Shown here: one piece after another, positions 28,904-38,800 of the stretch | Layout of the letters: each line of letters begins with the position of its first letter | Numbering within the stretch: position 1 is the stretch's first letter | Assembly (NCBI GenBank): GCA_003565135.1 | Contig: PXDC01000250.1 | Span: 1-46,051 of the forward strand | DNA: 46,051 nucleotides | Source: Verrucomicrobiota bacterium | GTDB taxonomy: Bacteria > Verrucomicrobiota > Verrucomicrobiia > Opitutales > T3Sed10-336 | Direction: 5' to 3' | Program-made: the position numbers and the translations under genes | The notes under the pieces: model-generated | Database searches by the model: none | What the model saw: only the letters and a program-made list of their open reading frames with translations | Told to the model about the DNA's origin: nothing

Positions 28904-29932
28904 TCACCACAGTCCGTCGGTTTCCCCGAAGCCGCACCAGAGGTTCATGATCTGCACCGCCTGGCCTCCGGCTCCCTTCATGAGATTGTCTTCGGCCGTG
29001 GTGATGACAAAGTTGCCGGTGCGCTCGTCGTAAACGGCGGACATGTCGATCCGGTTGGTGCCGGTGACGTGGCGGGTATCCGGAGTCCGGCCGGAAGGGA
29101 GCACCTGCACGAAGGGTTTGTCCGCAAAAACCTCGTGCCAGCATTCATAGACCGCGTCGAGGGAGGTTTCTCCGGCCGGTACCACGATGGTGGTGGCGAT
29201 CCCGCACTTCATGGGCGCGAGGTGGGGGGTGAATTGGACCACCACGGGGCCTCCGGCGGCTTCCCCCAGTTGCTCCTCGATCTCCGAGAGATGGCGGTGG
29301 CGCGGGATGCCGTAGGCTTTGGCACTCTCGGCGCGCTCGCAGAAAAGGTAATCCTCGACCAGTTTCTTGCCCGCCCCACTGACGCCGCTGAACGAGGAGA
29401 TAACAACACCGTGGCCCCTCAGCCGTCCCGCCCGCAGGAGGGGCATGAGCGGCATCAGGATACTGGTCGGATAACAGCCCGGGCAGGCGATAAGCGGTGA
29501 TTCCTTCCACGACGCCAACGGCATCAACTCCGGGAGCACGTAGGCGGACCGGGCGAGCAGCCCGGGATCGGGATGTTCCTCTCCGTAATACCGGCTATAG
29601 TTCTCGGGCGAAGCGAGCCGAAAATCCGCGCTCAGGTCGATGACCTTCTTGCCCGCGGCCACCAGCGGCCGGGCAAAGGAAGCCGCCACCCCGTGGGGAA
29701 GAGCGAGAAAATAAAGCTCCGTTTCCGCATCGGCCGCCAGGGCATCGGCATCGGAGTCGGTAAAGGCGAGCTCGCCCATGCGCCCGCGAAGATTCGGGAT
29801 GACCTCCGCCACGGGCTTGCCCGCGTGCTGGCGCGAGGTAATCCGATGGATGCGGACACGCGGATGGCGGGCGAGCAGCTGAACCAGAATCTCGCCAATG
29901 TACCCCGAAGCCCCGACGATGCCCGCTTTCAT
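28904..29932 (-). CDS. argC: N-acetyl-gamma-glutamyl-phosphate reductase
   Basis: GASGYIGEILVQLL NAD(P)-binding N-terminus. Active-site block IACPGCYPTS. Confidence 0.93.
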   Translation of the reverse strand: MKAGIVGASGYIGEILVQLLARHPRVRIHRITSRQHAGKPVAEVIPNLRGRMGELAFTDSDADALAADAETELYFLALPHGVAASFARPLVAAGKKVIDLSADFRLASPENYSRYYGEEHPDPGLLARSAYVLPELMPLASWKESPLIACPGCYPTSILMPLMPLLRAGRLRGHGVVISSFSGVSGAGKKLVEDYLFCERAESAKAYGIPRHRHLSEIEEQLGEAAGGPVVVQFTPHLAPMKCGIATTIVVPAGETSLDAVYECWHEVFADKPFVQVLPSGRTPDTRHVTGTNRIDMSAVYDERTGNFVITTAEDNLMKGAGGQAVQIMNLWCGFGETDGLW

Positions 29933-29994
29933 GGCAGAATAGGAGGATGCGCCGCCCCGTCAGGACGGATCCTGCCGAGGCGGGCGGAAAAGGA

Positions 29995-30393
29995 TTAACG
30001 CTTGGAGAACTGGAAGCGCTTGCGGGCGCCGGGCTGACCGGACTTCTTGCGCTCCTTCTCGCGCGGGTCGCGCATGAGGTGTCCGGCACGCTTAAGGGCT
30101 ACCCGCAGCTCGGGATCGAGCTTGAGCAGAGCCCGGGCAATGCCGTGCGCCACGGCAACGGCCTGCCCGTTGATGCCGCCGCCGGTTACGCGGGCGGCAA
30201 CGTCCACCTTGTCCCGGAAATCGACCGTATCGAGCGGCTGCAACGCCTGCTTCAGGCATTGTTCACCTTTGAAATAGGCGTCCGGAGAACGCCCGTTGAT
30301 CGTAAAATTCCCGGAACCCGGGTTCAGGCGGACCCGCGCGGAAGCGGTTTTCCGGCGGCCGGTTGCGACAAAAACTGTGCTGGTCTCGCTCAT
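29995..30393 (-). CDS. rpsI: 30S ribosomal protein S9
   Basis: GRRKTASARV, GGGINGQAVAVAHGIARAL and a C-terminal RDPREKERKK...KRFQFSKR. Confidence 0.95.
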   Translation of the reverse strand: MSETSTVFVATGRRKTASARVRLNPGSGNFTINGRSPDAYFKGEQCLKQALQPLDTVDFRDKVDVAARVTGGGINGQAVAVAHGIARALLKLDPELRVALKRAGHLMRDPREKERKKSGQPGARKRFQFSKR

Positions 30394-30398
30394 ACTCG

Positions 30399-30830
30399 TT
30401 ATTTCAGACTAAGTTTTTCCACCTGCTGGGCTTTGTGCGGGTGATCGGGTCCCCCGTAAACCTTAAGCTTCTTCAGCATCTGACGGGCCAGGCGATTGCG
30501 GGGGAGCATTCCCTTGACCGCGTGCTGAACGATAAACTCGGGACGCTGCTCCCGCACGTCAGCCACCGACCGATAACGCTCGCCGCCGACATACCCGGAA
30601 TAGGACATGTACTGTTTCTGTTCCTCTTTTTTACCGGTGAGCGCAACCTTGTCGGCATTGATTACCACGACAAAATCCCCCGTATCGGTCTGCGGCGTGA
30701 ACGTGGGCTTGTGCCGGCCCCGCAGGATGTTGGCAACCTTGACGGCAAGACGGCCCAGCACCATGCCGGAGGCATCGACCACGTACCACTTGCGTTGAAT
30801 GTCACCTTGCTTGGCTAAATACGTCTTCAT
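30399..30830 (-). CDS. rplM: 50S ribosomal protein L13
   Basis: MKTYLAKQGDIQRKWYVVDA... is a canonical L13 N-terminus from the ATG at 30830. The track start at 30848 is a TTG. Confidence 0.95.
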   Translation of the reverse strand: MKTYLAKQGDIQRKWYVVDASGMVLGRLAVKVANILRGRHKPTFTPQTDTGDFVVVINADKVALTGKKEEQKQYMSYSGYVGGERYRSVADVREQRPEFIVQHAVKGMLPRNRLARQMLKKLKVYGGPDHPHKAQQVEKLSLK

Positions 30831-30985
30831 GGGTGGAAAAAGAACCAAAAGTCTACAGGTTCGGCCGGAGTGTCAATGCCTTATTTTTCAATCGACCAAA
30901 ACTTTTCCCCGGAGGGGACGTCGTTCCAGGAAACCCCACTTCGGCATGGACAGCCATCGCACCTCTCCTCTAACCTGCTCCCCTC

Positions 30986-32296
30986 ATGAAACGACCTCAA
31001 TTCCCCTTCCGGGCGGTGCTCTGCGCGGCCGTACCGGCCCTGATTATGAGCACACTATCCGCCCAGCACCGCCCTGACGGTTTTAATTACGACGAATCCC
31101 GGGTTCCCGAATACACCCTCCCCGATCCGCTTCGCCTGGAGAACGGGGACGCGGTGGAGGATCCGCGCGCGTGGTCGGAAAAACGGCGCCCGGAACTCAT
31201 GGAACTCTTCCGGGAGCATGTCTACGGCCGCCAGCCGGCCGCGCCCGAAGGCATGCGCTTCGAGATTCGCTCGGAGGACACGGAAGCTCTCGGCGGCAAG
31301 GCGACCCGCCGGGAAATAACGGTGCGTTTCGCCGAGGGGCGCGACGACCCCTCCATGGAAATCCTGCTCTACGTACCGAACGGCGCGGACGGACCGGTCC
31401 CGGCCTTTCTCGGTCTCAATTTCTTCGGCAACCACACCGCTCACGCCGATCCTGGCATCACGCTCTCCACCCGGTGGATGCGTTCGAACCGTTCCATGGG
31501 CGTCGTCGACAACCGGGCCACCGAAGCATCCCGGGGCGTGCGCGCCGATCGCTGGCCGGTGGAAACCATCATCGATCGCGGTTATGCCCTCGCCACCATC
31601 TACTGCGGTGATCTCGTTCCGGACCGGGCGGACGGCCTTGAGGCGGACTCAGCCGTCACCGCTTATTTCCGCGAGAAGGAGGGGCGGAACGAGCGCGGGA
31701 AGGACGAATGGGGCGCCATCGCCGCCTGGGCCTGGGGCCTGAGCCGGGCGCTGGATTATTTTGAAACCGCCGACGCTGTCGACGCCGCCCGGGTCTCGGT
31801 GCTCGGCCACTCCAGGCTGGGAAAAACCGCTCTTTGGGCGGGAGCGGAGGACGAACGCTTCGCCATCGTGATTTCCAACAACTCGGGTTGCGGCGGTGCG
31901 GCCCTGAGCCGCCGTCGCTTCGGCGAAACCGTCCGGCGGATCAACACCAACTTCCCGCACTGGTTCTGCCTGAATTTCCGCGACTACAACGATGACGAGG
32001 ACGCCCTTCCCGTCGACCAGCACCAGCTGATCGCCCTGGCGGCCCCGCGGCCGGTTTATGTGGCGAGTGCCACCGAGGACCTCTGGGCGGACCCGAAGGG
32101 CGAATTCCTCTCCGCCAAACACGCCGAACCGGTCTACCGGCTCCTGGGCCTCGACGGACTCGGGGTCGACGAGCTCCCCGCTCCCAACACGCCCGTCGGT
32201 CACACCATCGGTTACCACCTGCGGGAGGGCGGTCACAGCATCACCGAATACGACTGGGAACAGTACCTGAATTTTGCCGACCGCCACCTGAGGTAG
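30986..32296 (+). CDS. alpha/beta hydrolase, CE15 glucuronoyl-esterase-like
   Basis: Signal peptide. Nucleophile block VLGHSRLGKTALWAGAEDERFAIVISNNSGCGGAALSRR matches the G-x-S-R-x-G context of CE15 esterases as I recall it. Confidence 0.65.
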   Translation: MKRPQFPFRAVLCAAVPALIMSTLSAQHRPDGFNYDESRVPEYTLPDPLRLENGDAVEDPRAWSEKRRPELMELFREHVYGRQPAAPEGMRFEIRSEDTEALGGKATRREITVRFAEGRDDPSMEILLYVPNGADGPVPAFLGLNFFGNHTAHADPGITLSTRWMRSNRSMGVVDNRATEASRGVRADRWPVETIIDRGYALATIYCGDLVPDRADGLEADSAVTAYFREKEGRNERGKDEWGAIAAWAWGLSRALDYFETADAVDAARVSVLGHSRLGKTALWAGAEDERFAIVISNNSGCGGAALSRRRFGETVRRINTNFPHWFCLNFRDYNDDEDALPVDQHQLIALAAPRPVYVASATEDLWADPKGEFLSAKHAEPVYRLLGLDGLGVDELPAPNTPVGHTIGYHLREGGHSITEYDWEQYLNFADRHLR

Positions 32297-32321
32297 CGGG
32301 TCGAAACTCATCAGCAGGAAA

Positions 32322-32349
32322 GCCCGCCCCGGTTGGACGGGGCTTCTTC
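32322..32349 (+). terminator. weak terminator-like hairpin between convergent genes
   Basis: GCCCCG-GTTGGA-CGGGGC followed by TTCTTC, 26 nt after the esterase stop. The U-tract is poor. Confidence 0.4.
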
Positions 32350-32362
32350 GGCCTCCCGCGGG

Positions 32363-33136
32363 TCATCCTCGGGACCCGGACAATCGCCGCCGTACGATCA
32401 GCCACCCGAGCGCGGCCCCCGCCGCCAGCAACCCGGCGGCAGCCGGCTCCGGAATGGCCACGGTCTCGATCCGCGGATGAAAAGCGGCCGTCGGGTGATC
32501 GGCTGAAGCAAAGGCGAATGCCGCCTGAATGTTGTCGTCCGGCGACCATGAGCTCTGCGGCTGCAGGCGCAGATAGATCCAGGAATCCCCCCCGGCGAGG
32601 TATTCGTCGTAACGCTCGGTCAGGTAGTCGGTGATATCGGCGGACACCGTTCCGGCCGCGGTGTTTTCGTCCAGCAGAATGCCGCCGCCCATGCGGGCCG
32701 GCACGTAGCTACCGGAGGCGAACTGACCGGCCGCGCCGGAATCTTCCGCGGCCAACGGTCCGTCCCGCGTGGCATCGGTTCCCCATATTTCGATGCCAAA
32801 GGGGAGGTTCGATTCCCGCGAGAGCAGCTCGGTGGAAAAAGTTCCCGATGCCGGGGGTTCCGCCAGCAGGGAAAGGTCGAACTGGAAGATGGGCCGCGCC
32901 TCCTCGAGGAGGAAACCGCCCAGCGCCTCCGCGGAAACTCGCAACTCCTGCGCGTCGCCCGCACCCGAACTCACGGTGGAGGGGGATCCCTCGATCTGCT
33001 GCCGACGGCTTTCGTAGTCCGAGGGGTCACCCACAACCACGGACGCCAAACCCGGCGTCGTCGATAACGGAAAGGCCAGGACCGCGGCCGCGGCGAGGGA
33101 ACGGTTCAACGAAAAAAGTTTTTGCATCGTATTCAT
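32363..33136 (-). CDS. PEP-CTERM sorting-domain protein
   Basis: Signal peptide (SLAAAAVLAFPLSTTPGLA). The C-terminus IPEPAAAGLLAAGAALGWLIVRRRL is a PEP motif, a TM helix and a basic cluster. ATG at 33136 (or 33127); the track start at 33169 is a TTG. Confidence 0.8.
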   Translation of the reverse strand: MNTMQKLFSLNRSLAAAAVLAFPLSTTPGLASVVVGDPSDYESRRQQIEGSPSTVSSGAGDAQELRVSAEALGGFLLEEARPIFQFDLSLLAEPPASGTFSTELLSRESNLPFGIEIWGTDATRDGPLAAEDSGAAGQFASGSYVPARMGGGILLDENTAAGTVSADITDYLTERYDEYLAGGDSWIYLRLQPQSSWSPDDNIQAAFAFASADHPTAAFHPRIETVAIPEPAAAGLLAAGAALGWLIVRRRLSGSRG

Positions 33137-33178
33137 ACTACACCTGTTCAAACAGCGGTGGTTGATCAAGGATTCCGT

Positions 33179-35017
33179 TTATTCATCGGATTCAATTCGC
33201 ACGCGAATGATGCGATACCCCTCGTCCGGGACCGGTTCCGTATCGCGGACCACCTGTTCGGTCGGTTCGCCCGGCCCGAATTCGTCGATGATCTGCCAGT
33301 TGGGAAAATCCGAGGTGACCTCGACGATGTACCGGACGTCCTCGCCGGCGGGCAGGCGTTCGAAAAGGATCTCCTGGTACTCCTCGCCGTCCACGGTCAC
33401 TGTGCGCCGGCTCGGCAACCGTTCGAGCTCCGGCTCCGGCCCGCTCATGCCCAGGGCGTAGCGTTCCAGGTTGGTCACCCCGTAGTCGCCCGGGTCGGCG
33501 TCGGGAGCGCTGATCGCCGGATCATTGAGCGCATCGATCCCGTACTCACCGCTTTGCCAGAAGCCGAAGGTATCGCCTGCGGCGATACCGACGCGGAGAA
33601 AGCGGGCCTCGTCCTGACCGATGGCACGATTGTCCCGGGCCGTGACCCACTCGGGAGAGCCGGGATGAATCACATCGACCACCTCCCAACCGTCGAGGGA
33701 GCCGCTGCCCATGACCAGGTAGCGCACATCGGGGGCGTACTGGAGGCGGCGGAAGGAAACGGTCAGGTAGCGCTCGCCGTCGTCCTCGTCGATCCCCTCC
33801 TCCACCGGCGATCCCGACGGGGCGCCGTCGATGTCGAAGGCGTACTGCATGAGGCGCGGCACCCCGGTGCCGTCGGGATCGGCCCGCCGCTGCTCCCGAA
33901 GGGAGTCCTCCAGGTCGTCGGGTTCGGTGTGCAGCGCCAGCCAGTTCTCCCAGTCCGTGGTCACAACAAACGCGTTGCTCTGCCCGGCAGCCCCGGAATC
34001 GGGATCCTGCGCCGTCAGCCGGTAATCACCGGTACTGCCGATCGTGACCAGGTGGCCGTCGAGCACGCCGGCTTCGAACGCCTCGGTGGCGCCGGGGTTC
34101 TCCGCGCCGTTTTCGACTTCCAGCATCACGCTTCCGGAAAACGATTCGGCAAGATCGCCGGCGGCGGTTCGGGCGGTGACGGTGATTTCGAACGGCTGCC
34201 CGGCCATCTGGTCGGCCACGGGCTCGAACGCGAACCACGCGACGTCGACGTCGGGATCGACCACAAAATCCCGCGATACCGCGCCGGCTACGCGGAAGAC
34301 GCCGGTGTAGTCGACCGAGCTGCCGGTCGTCTGGTGCAGGCTTTCGCCGGGGAAGAAGTGAACGGTGAGGGGGAGCAGGTCGTCCGGCTGAAGGGTTTCG
34401 CCGGTTCCGGCGTCGACGAGCTGGTCCAGGTTGAAGCGGGCCTCGCGTTGCCCGGCGACGTCGCCCACCACGGCAAACAAGGGCGCGGCGGCACCTTCGG
34501 CTTCCAGCAGGGCCACGGCCCCGTAAGAGTCCTCGGAGAAACGCACGATCACCTGCCGGGATTCGGTCACGAAGCCGGTGGCCCAGGCGGTCCGGATTCC
34601 CGGAAGGGGGGGGTCCTGGGGGGCGAAGGTTCCGTCGGCCGATTCGACTTGAACGTAGTACCGGGTATCCGGTTCGCCCCCGGACACGCGCACCGCGGCC
34701 AGCCCGCGGTCGCGAACGCCGGCGACAAAATCGGTCCGGGCCGCGCGGGCGGCACGATCCATGGAACCGCGGAAAAACGGGACGGCCTGTGGAAGCAACT
34801 CCCGGCGCAGGGAAGCGGTCACTTCTTCGCTTCCGGCTTCGTCGGCAAAAACACGGATACCGGGCTCGTCCGCCGGCCCGTCGTTTTCCCAGAACACCGT
34901 GAAGCCGTCGGGCGTCGGGTGAACGAGGTGAACGGTCGGGACATCGTCGGCCCAGGCAAGGGAGGCGGCCAATCCGGAAAGAAGGCCCCCGAAAACTAGG
35001 TGGCGAAACCGGCTCAT
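33179..35017 (-). CDS. secreted hypothetical protein (FN3/Ig-like modules plus two copies of a C-terminal beta-sandwich module)
   Basis: Signal peptide MSRFRHLVFGGLLSGLAASLAWA. The ATG overlaps the upstream stop as ATGA (35014-35017). Ig-like block FEITVTARTAAGDL...YRLTAQD. Duplicated tail module (..DVRYLVMGSGSLDGWE.., ..DVRYIVEVTSDFPNWQ..). Confidence 0.7.
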   Translation of the reverse strand: MSRFRHLVFGGLLSGLAASLAWADDVPTVHLVHPTPDGFTVFWENDGPADEPGIRVFADEAGSEEVTASLRRELLPQAVPFFRGSMDRAARAARTDFVAGVRDRGLAAVRVSGGEPDTRYYVQVESADGTFAPQDPPLPGIRTAWATGFVTESRQVIVRFSEDSYGAVALLEAEGAAAPLFAVVGDVAGQREARFNLDQLVDAGTGETLQPDDLLPLTVHFFPGESLHQTTGSSVDYTGVFRVAGAVSRDFVVDPDVDVAWFAFEPVADQMAGQPFEITVTARTAAGDLAESFSGSVMLEVENGAENPGATEAFEAGVLDGHLVTIGSTGDYRLTAQDPDSGAAGQSNAFVVTTDWENWLALHTEPDDLEDSLREQRRADPDGTGVPRLMQYAFDIDGAPSGSPVEEGIDEDDGERYLTVSFRRLQYAPDVRYLVMGSGSLDGWEVVDVIHPGSPEWVTARDNRAIGQDEARFLRVGIAAGDTFGFWQSGEYGIDALNDPAISAPDADPGDYGVTNLERYALGMSGPEPELERLPSRRTVTVDGEEYQEILFERLPAGEDVRYIVEVTSDFPNWQIIDEFGPGEPTEQVVRDTEPVPDEGYRIIRVRIESDE

Positions 35018-35895
35018 GGATGGTCTCCTTCCTGTTCGTGATCCCAGCCATCGATCGGCCGCATGGGCGACGAAAGCCGTTCCAGACCGGGCCGCCCTTC
35101 GTGCCGGAGAATGGTTTCCCCGCCCACCAGCACCACCACGCGGCGGTTTCCGGCGGCGCGGAGCTGGCGGGCTTTCTCCTCCGCCCGACCGTCACCCCGG
35201 TCGATCAGGACCAGCAGGTCGTCCCCGGATGGCTCACCGGCCGATTCCTGGTCCCCGGCCGCCAGTGCGGCATGCGGCGGCACGGTTTCGCCGCTGCGCA
35301 CGACGCGGGCCTCCGGAAAAGCCGCGGCGAGATCGGTCAGTTCCGGCTCGTCCCCGCTCTCCTCGAGCGGCGCCGCCTGCGGCCCCGACGGTTCCCGGCG
35401 CAGGTCCACCAGGGTCACCCCGCTGCCCTGGGCGGCGGTGAGTTGTTGATAGGTGATCCCGGGAACGGAATCCGTTCGCAGGCCCGACGCCCCGGTAATG
35501 GATAACCCGGCCGACTCCCAACCGGCAAGGCCGCCGCGAAGCGTGCGGGCGGTGCGGCCGTCGCGGAGATTGTCGGCATAGTCGGCGGCGAGAACCCGTC
35601 CCAGGCCATCGCCGTAGAGCACGATCTCGCGGTTGCGCGGGAGCGGGCGGCTGAAAAGGACGCTTCCCGGAATGTTGATGGCGCCGGGAAGGTGTCCCCG
35701 GCGGTACTCCGGGTTGTCGCGGATGTCGACGACGAGTGGGGGCGAAGCGGATTCCAGTCGCTCGGCCAGTTCGGCCGGCGACATTCCCGTGACGGCGTCG
35801 GTTCCCGGCGAGAGCGCCAGGCCGCACCCGGCAATCCCGCTCAGAATAATCGTTTTCAGCTTCGGCTTCATGATACTTCGTTTCCCTTGGTTCAT
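35014..35895 (-). CDS. lipoprotein with two rhodanese-homology domains lacking the catalytic cysteine
   Basis: Lipobox LSGIAGC. Rhodanese blocks VVDIRDNPEYRRGHLPGAINIP and REIVLYGDGLGR...GGLAGWE, with a second domain LVLIDRGDGRAEEKARQL. The only Cys is the lipobox Cys. ATG at 35895 overlaps the upstream stop as ATGA; the alternative ATG is 35871. Confidence 0.75.
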   Translation of the reverse strand: MNQGKRSIMKPKLKTIILSGIAGCGLALSPGTDAVTGMSPAELAERLESASPPLVVDIRDNPEYRRGHLPGAINIPGSVLFSRPLPRNREIVLYGDGLGRVLAADYADNLRDGRTARTLRGGLAGWESAGLSITGASGLRTDSVPGITYQQLTAAQGSGVTLVDLRREPSGPQAAPLEESGDEPELTDLAAAFPEARVVRSGETVPPHAALAAGDQESAGEPSGDDLLVLIDRGDGRAEEKARQLRAAGNRRVVVLVGGETILRHEGRPGLERLSSPMRPIDGWDHEQEGDHP

Positions 35896-38800
35896 TCGGG
35901 TTTCCATCCGCTTACCGGCCCGGCGAGTTCCACCAACAGGAGGGCGACCTCGGGAATGGGGAAATCCGGTCCCACCAGTGACCCGTCCTCCACCTCCACC
36001 GCGCGCCACTGTCCGCTGTAAGCGTCGAGGAGGCGGACGGCATTCACGTTGTCGCCACCGATCTGGGCCACCAGGTCGGAGACCCGGTAGCCGGCCGGGA
36101 ACGCGCTGTACCCGAGGGCGTTGATCCCGGCCTCGAAATCGACGGCCTCCCTCGCCCGGTCCCCGAGATCGAGGAGCCGGCTTTGGTCGAAGCGCATCCA
36201 GAGGAAATCCCCGGCCACGAGGGCAAAATCCTCGCCCGAGGGGGCGCCCGCCGCGTCATCCCATACCGCGACCTCGGTCACCACTTCCGGGGCCAAACTG
36301 TGATACCGTTTGACGCTCTCCACACCGGCGGCTTGCCGCCAGCTCTCCAGGAGGGCGAAAGCCCCGCCGAAGCGGTCGGCCAGGGTGGCGGTCACCACCA
36401 CCGCGTTACGGTTTTGGAAGACCGGCTGCAGGGCCGGCAATTCGGCCGTGCGCACTTCCGTGGAGCCACCGGAGTCCTCTTCCCACACGAGGTGGCCGCC
36501 GGCCAGGCCGGCGCGGCGTTTGGCACTCAGGGAATTGGTCAGCGGCACGGAATTGCCGGATTCCAGGTTGTGCAGGACAAAGTTGGCGCTCTCCGGTCCG
36601 GCCGAGTCCTCCTCCACGATCATCCAGTACCCCTGGAGGTAGGGCCGGGTCTGATTGTGGGCGCTGTCGGTCAGGCGGAGTTCCTCGTCGCGCAGCAGGT
36701 CGAAGCCGGAAATCTGCACCACACCGTCGCGGGTGTCCTGCCAGACGATCCAGTGCCCGAAGATCGCCGGATGGTACTGGCCGTCGATAATCCCGGTGAT
36801 CCGGCGTCGTTCTCCCGATTCCAGGTCGGCAAAGTAAATCTCGCCCGGCCCGACGTCGCGCTGGTCGCGCCAGACCACACGTCCGGCGTGAATCGCCGCC
36901 TCCACCTGATCGGCGGGTCCCGGGTAGACCTCGGCGGTTTCGCCGGTCTCCAGGTCGCGGGCGACGAGGATTTCCGGGGCCGACGAGTCTCCGGCCGGCC
37001 GGCTCTGCCACACGACCCACGGGTAATCGACGATCGGCCGGGTCTGCCGCAGGGAGGCGTCATCGGTCAACCGCTCGGGTGCCGTTCCGGCCTCGAGGTC
37101 GGCCATCCAGATGTCCCAGCCGCCGTCGGACCGGCGTTTCTGCCAAACGGCGTAACGCCCGTCGGTGTGCGGCCGCTCGCCGGAGTCGAGAAGCTCCGCC
37201 GCGCCACTTTCAGCGGTCAGGTCACCGGCAAAAATCCGCCATTGCCCTTCCGGGCGGGCCTGCCAGACCGCGCGGCCGCCGCGGGCCGACGGGTGCCGAC
37301 CGGCGGCCGAAACCGACGCCAGGAGTTCCGACTCCGCGGTCAGGTTCCCGATCCGGACCAGCCGCGTGGCGAAACGGTCGTGCCCGACGCCGTCGGAGAG
37401 GGTCACCTTCACCGTGTACCAGCCCTCGGGCAGGAGAATTCCGTCATCGTCGCGTCCGTCCCATTCGAACACCACCGACTGCCCGCCGACATCGCCGAGC
37501 GACTCGGTTCGGACAAGGGTCAGAGTCTCGAGGTCGGAGCCGTAGGACGGATCGTAGGTCCAGGTGTAACGGGTCGGCGAGTCGATCGACTGCCATTCGC
37601 CGCCGCGCTCGCCTAAGAGGTCGAGGCGCTGTTCGCCCGGATCGAGCGGGCCCGGCTCGAACGACTCCCCGACGGGGGCCTCGGGCCGGAAGAAGCTTTC
37701 GTTCAGCGTCCAGCGGAACAGGTCGAGGTCCTCGGGACCCTCGACGGTGATCACCGGCCGTTCCTCGTGCGAGGGCGTCGCCGGCAGGCCGGCCAGGTCA
37801 AACTCGTGGGCGTCCCCGGACACGGTCCAGGAGACCGCCAGGGCCTCCTCCTCGGGCAGGTAGGGGCCGCTGTGGTGGCGGGCCAGCACTTCGAGAGCCA
37901 CCGATCCGGACAGGTCCTCAAGTACCAGCGGATCGGATACGGCCCGTTCCTCCGACCACTCGCCGCCGTCGACGCGGTAGCGGTAAAAGTCGGCGTGGGC
38001 GCCCGACACCGCGATCTCGGCGTGGTCGCGGGGAGTCGGCGTCGGCGGCACGCCCTCCAGCACCGGCCAGGCCACGACCCCGGCGTACACCTCGGCCACC
38101 GCCTCGAGCGGCACGGGAGCCGCCTCGGCCTCGAAGGCGATAGCGGCGCGGTCCGGCCGCACCGAAAGCGAGTCGCCGCTCAGGGTCACCACCATCGGCT
38201 CGGAATCGAACTCGGCGAAGCCCGGGGCCGCCCCCGGCAGAACCACCGTGGCGGCGTTCAGCTCTTCTTCGTTGCCGAAAGCGTCCTCGGAGTAGTACTC
38301 GATCAGGTAGGTGCCGGGTTCGTCCAGGCTGAACGGAATGGCCGGCTGAAAGTCGCCGCCGTCGATCCGGTAGTACATGCTGACCGGGCTGTCGTCCTCG
38401 GCGATGAAGTAAATATCCGTGTCGCGGGTTACGTAGACCGTACCGTCGTCGGCCACCGTGTAGTCGCCGGCAAAATAAATCCCGGTCACCGGCGGGTCCG
38501 TGTCCTCTTCCGTGGCGGCGTAGTGCACGGTGTATTCGTAGTACTGGCCCAGTTCGACGAAATCGAAAACATGCAGGTACTCGAGACGGCGGTTGGTCGG
38601 CCGCTCGTAGCGGTAGCTGGTCCAGGTATTGTGAGGATTGAGCTCCTTCCCGTCGGAGCGGACCACCTTGTCGATGTCGTAGCGGTCCTGTCCCGGATCG
38701 TCGACCCGGATGTAGCCCCAGTTCTCAAAATCGGTCTGCACCCCGACCACCGCCGTCCGGTCCTGGTCGAGGTCCCGCACGACTTCGGCCTGCTGGAGGT

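Noticed and set aside
33122-34999. 625-aa plus-strand ORF antisense to the 612-aa secreted protein gene
   Set aside because: This is the same shadow-frame signature. The minus-strand product has a signal peptide, Ig-like modules and operon coupling.
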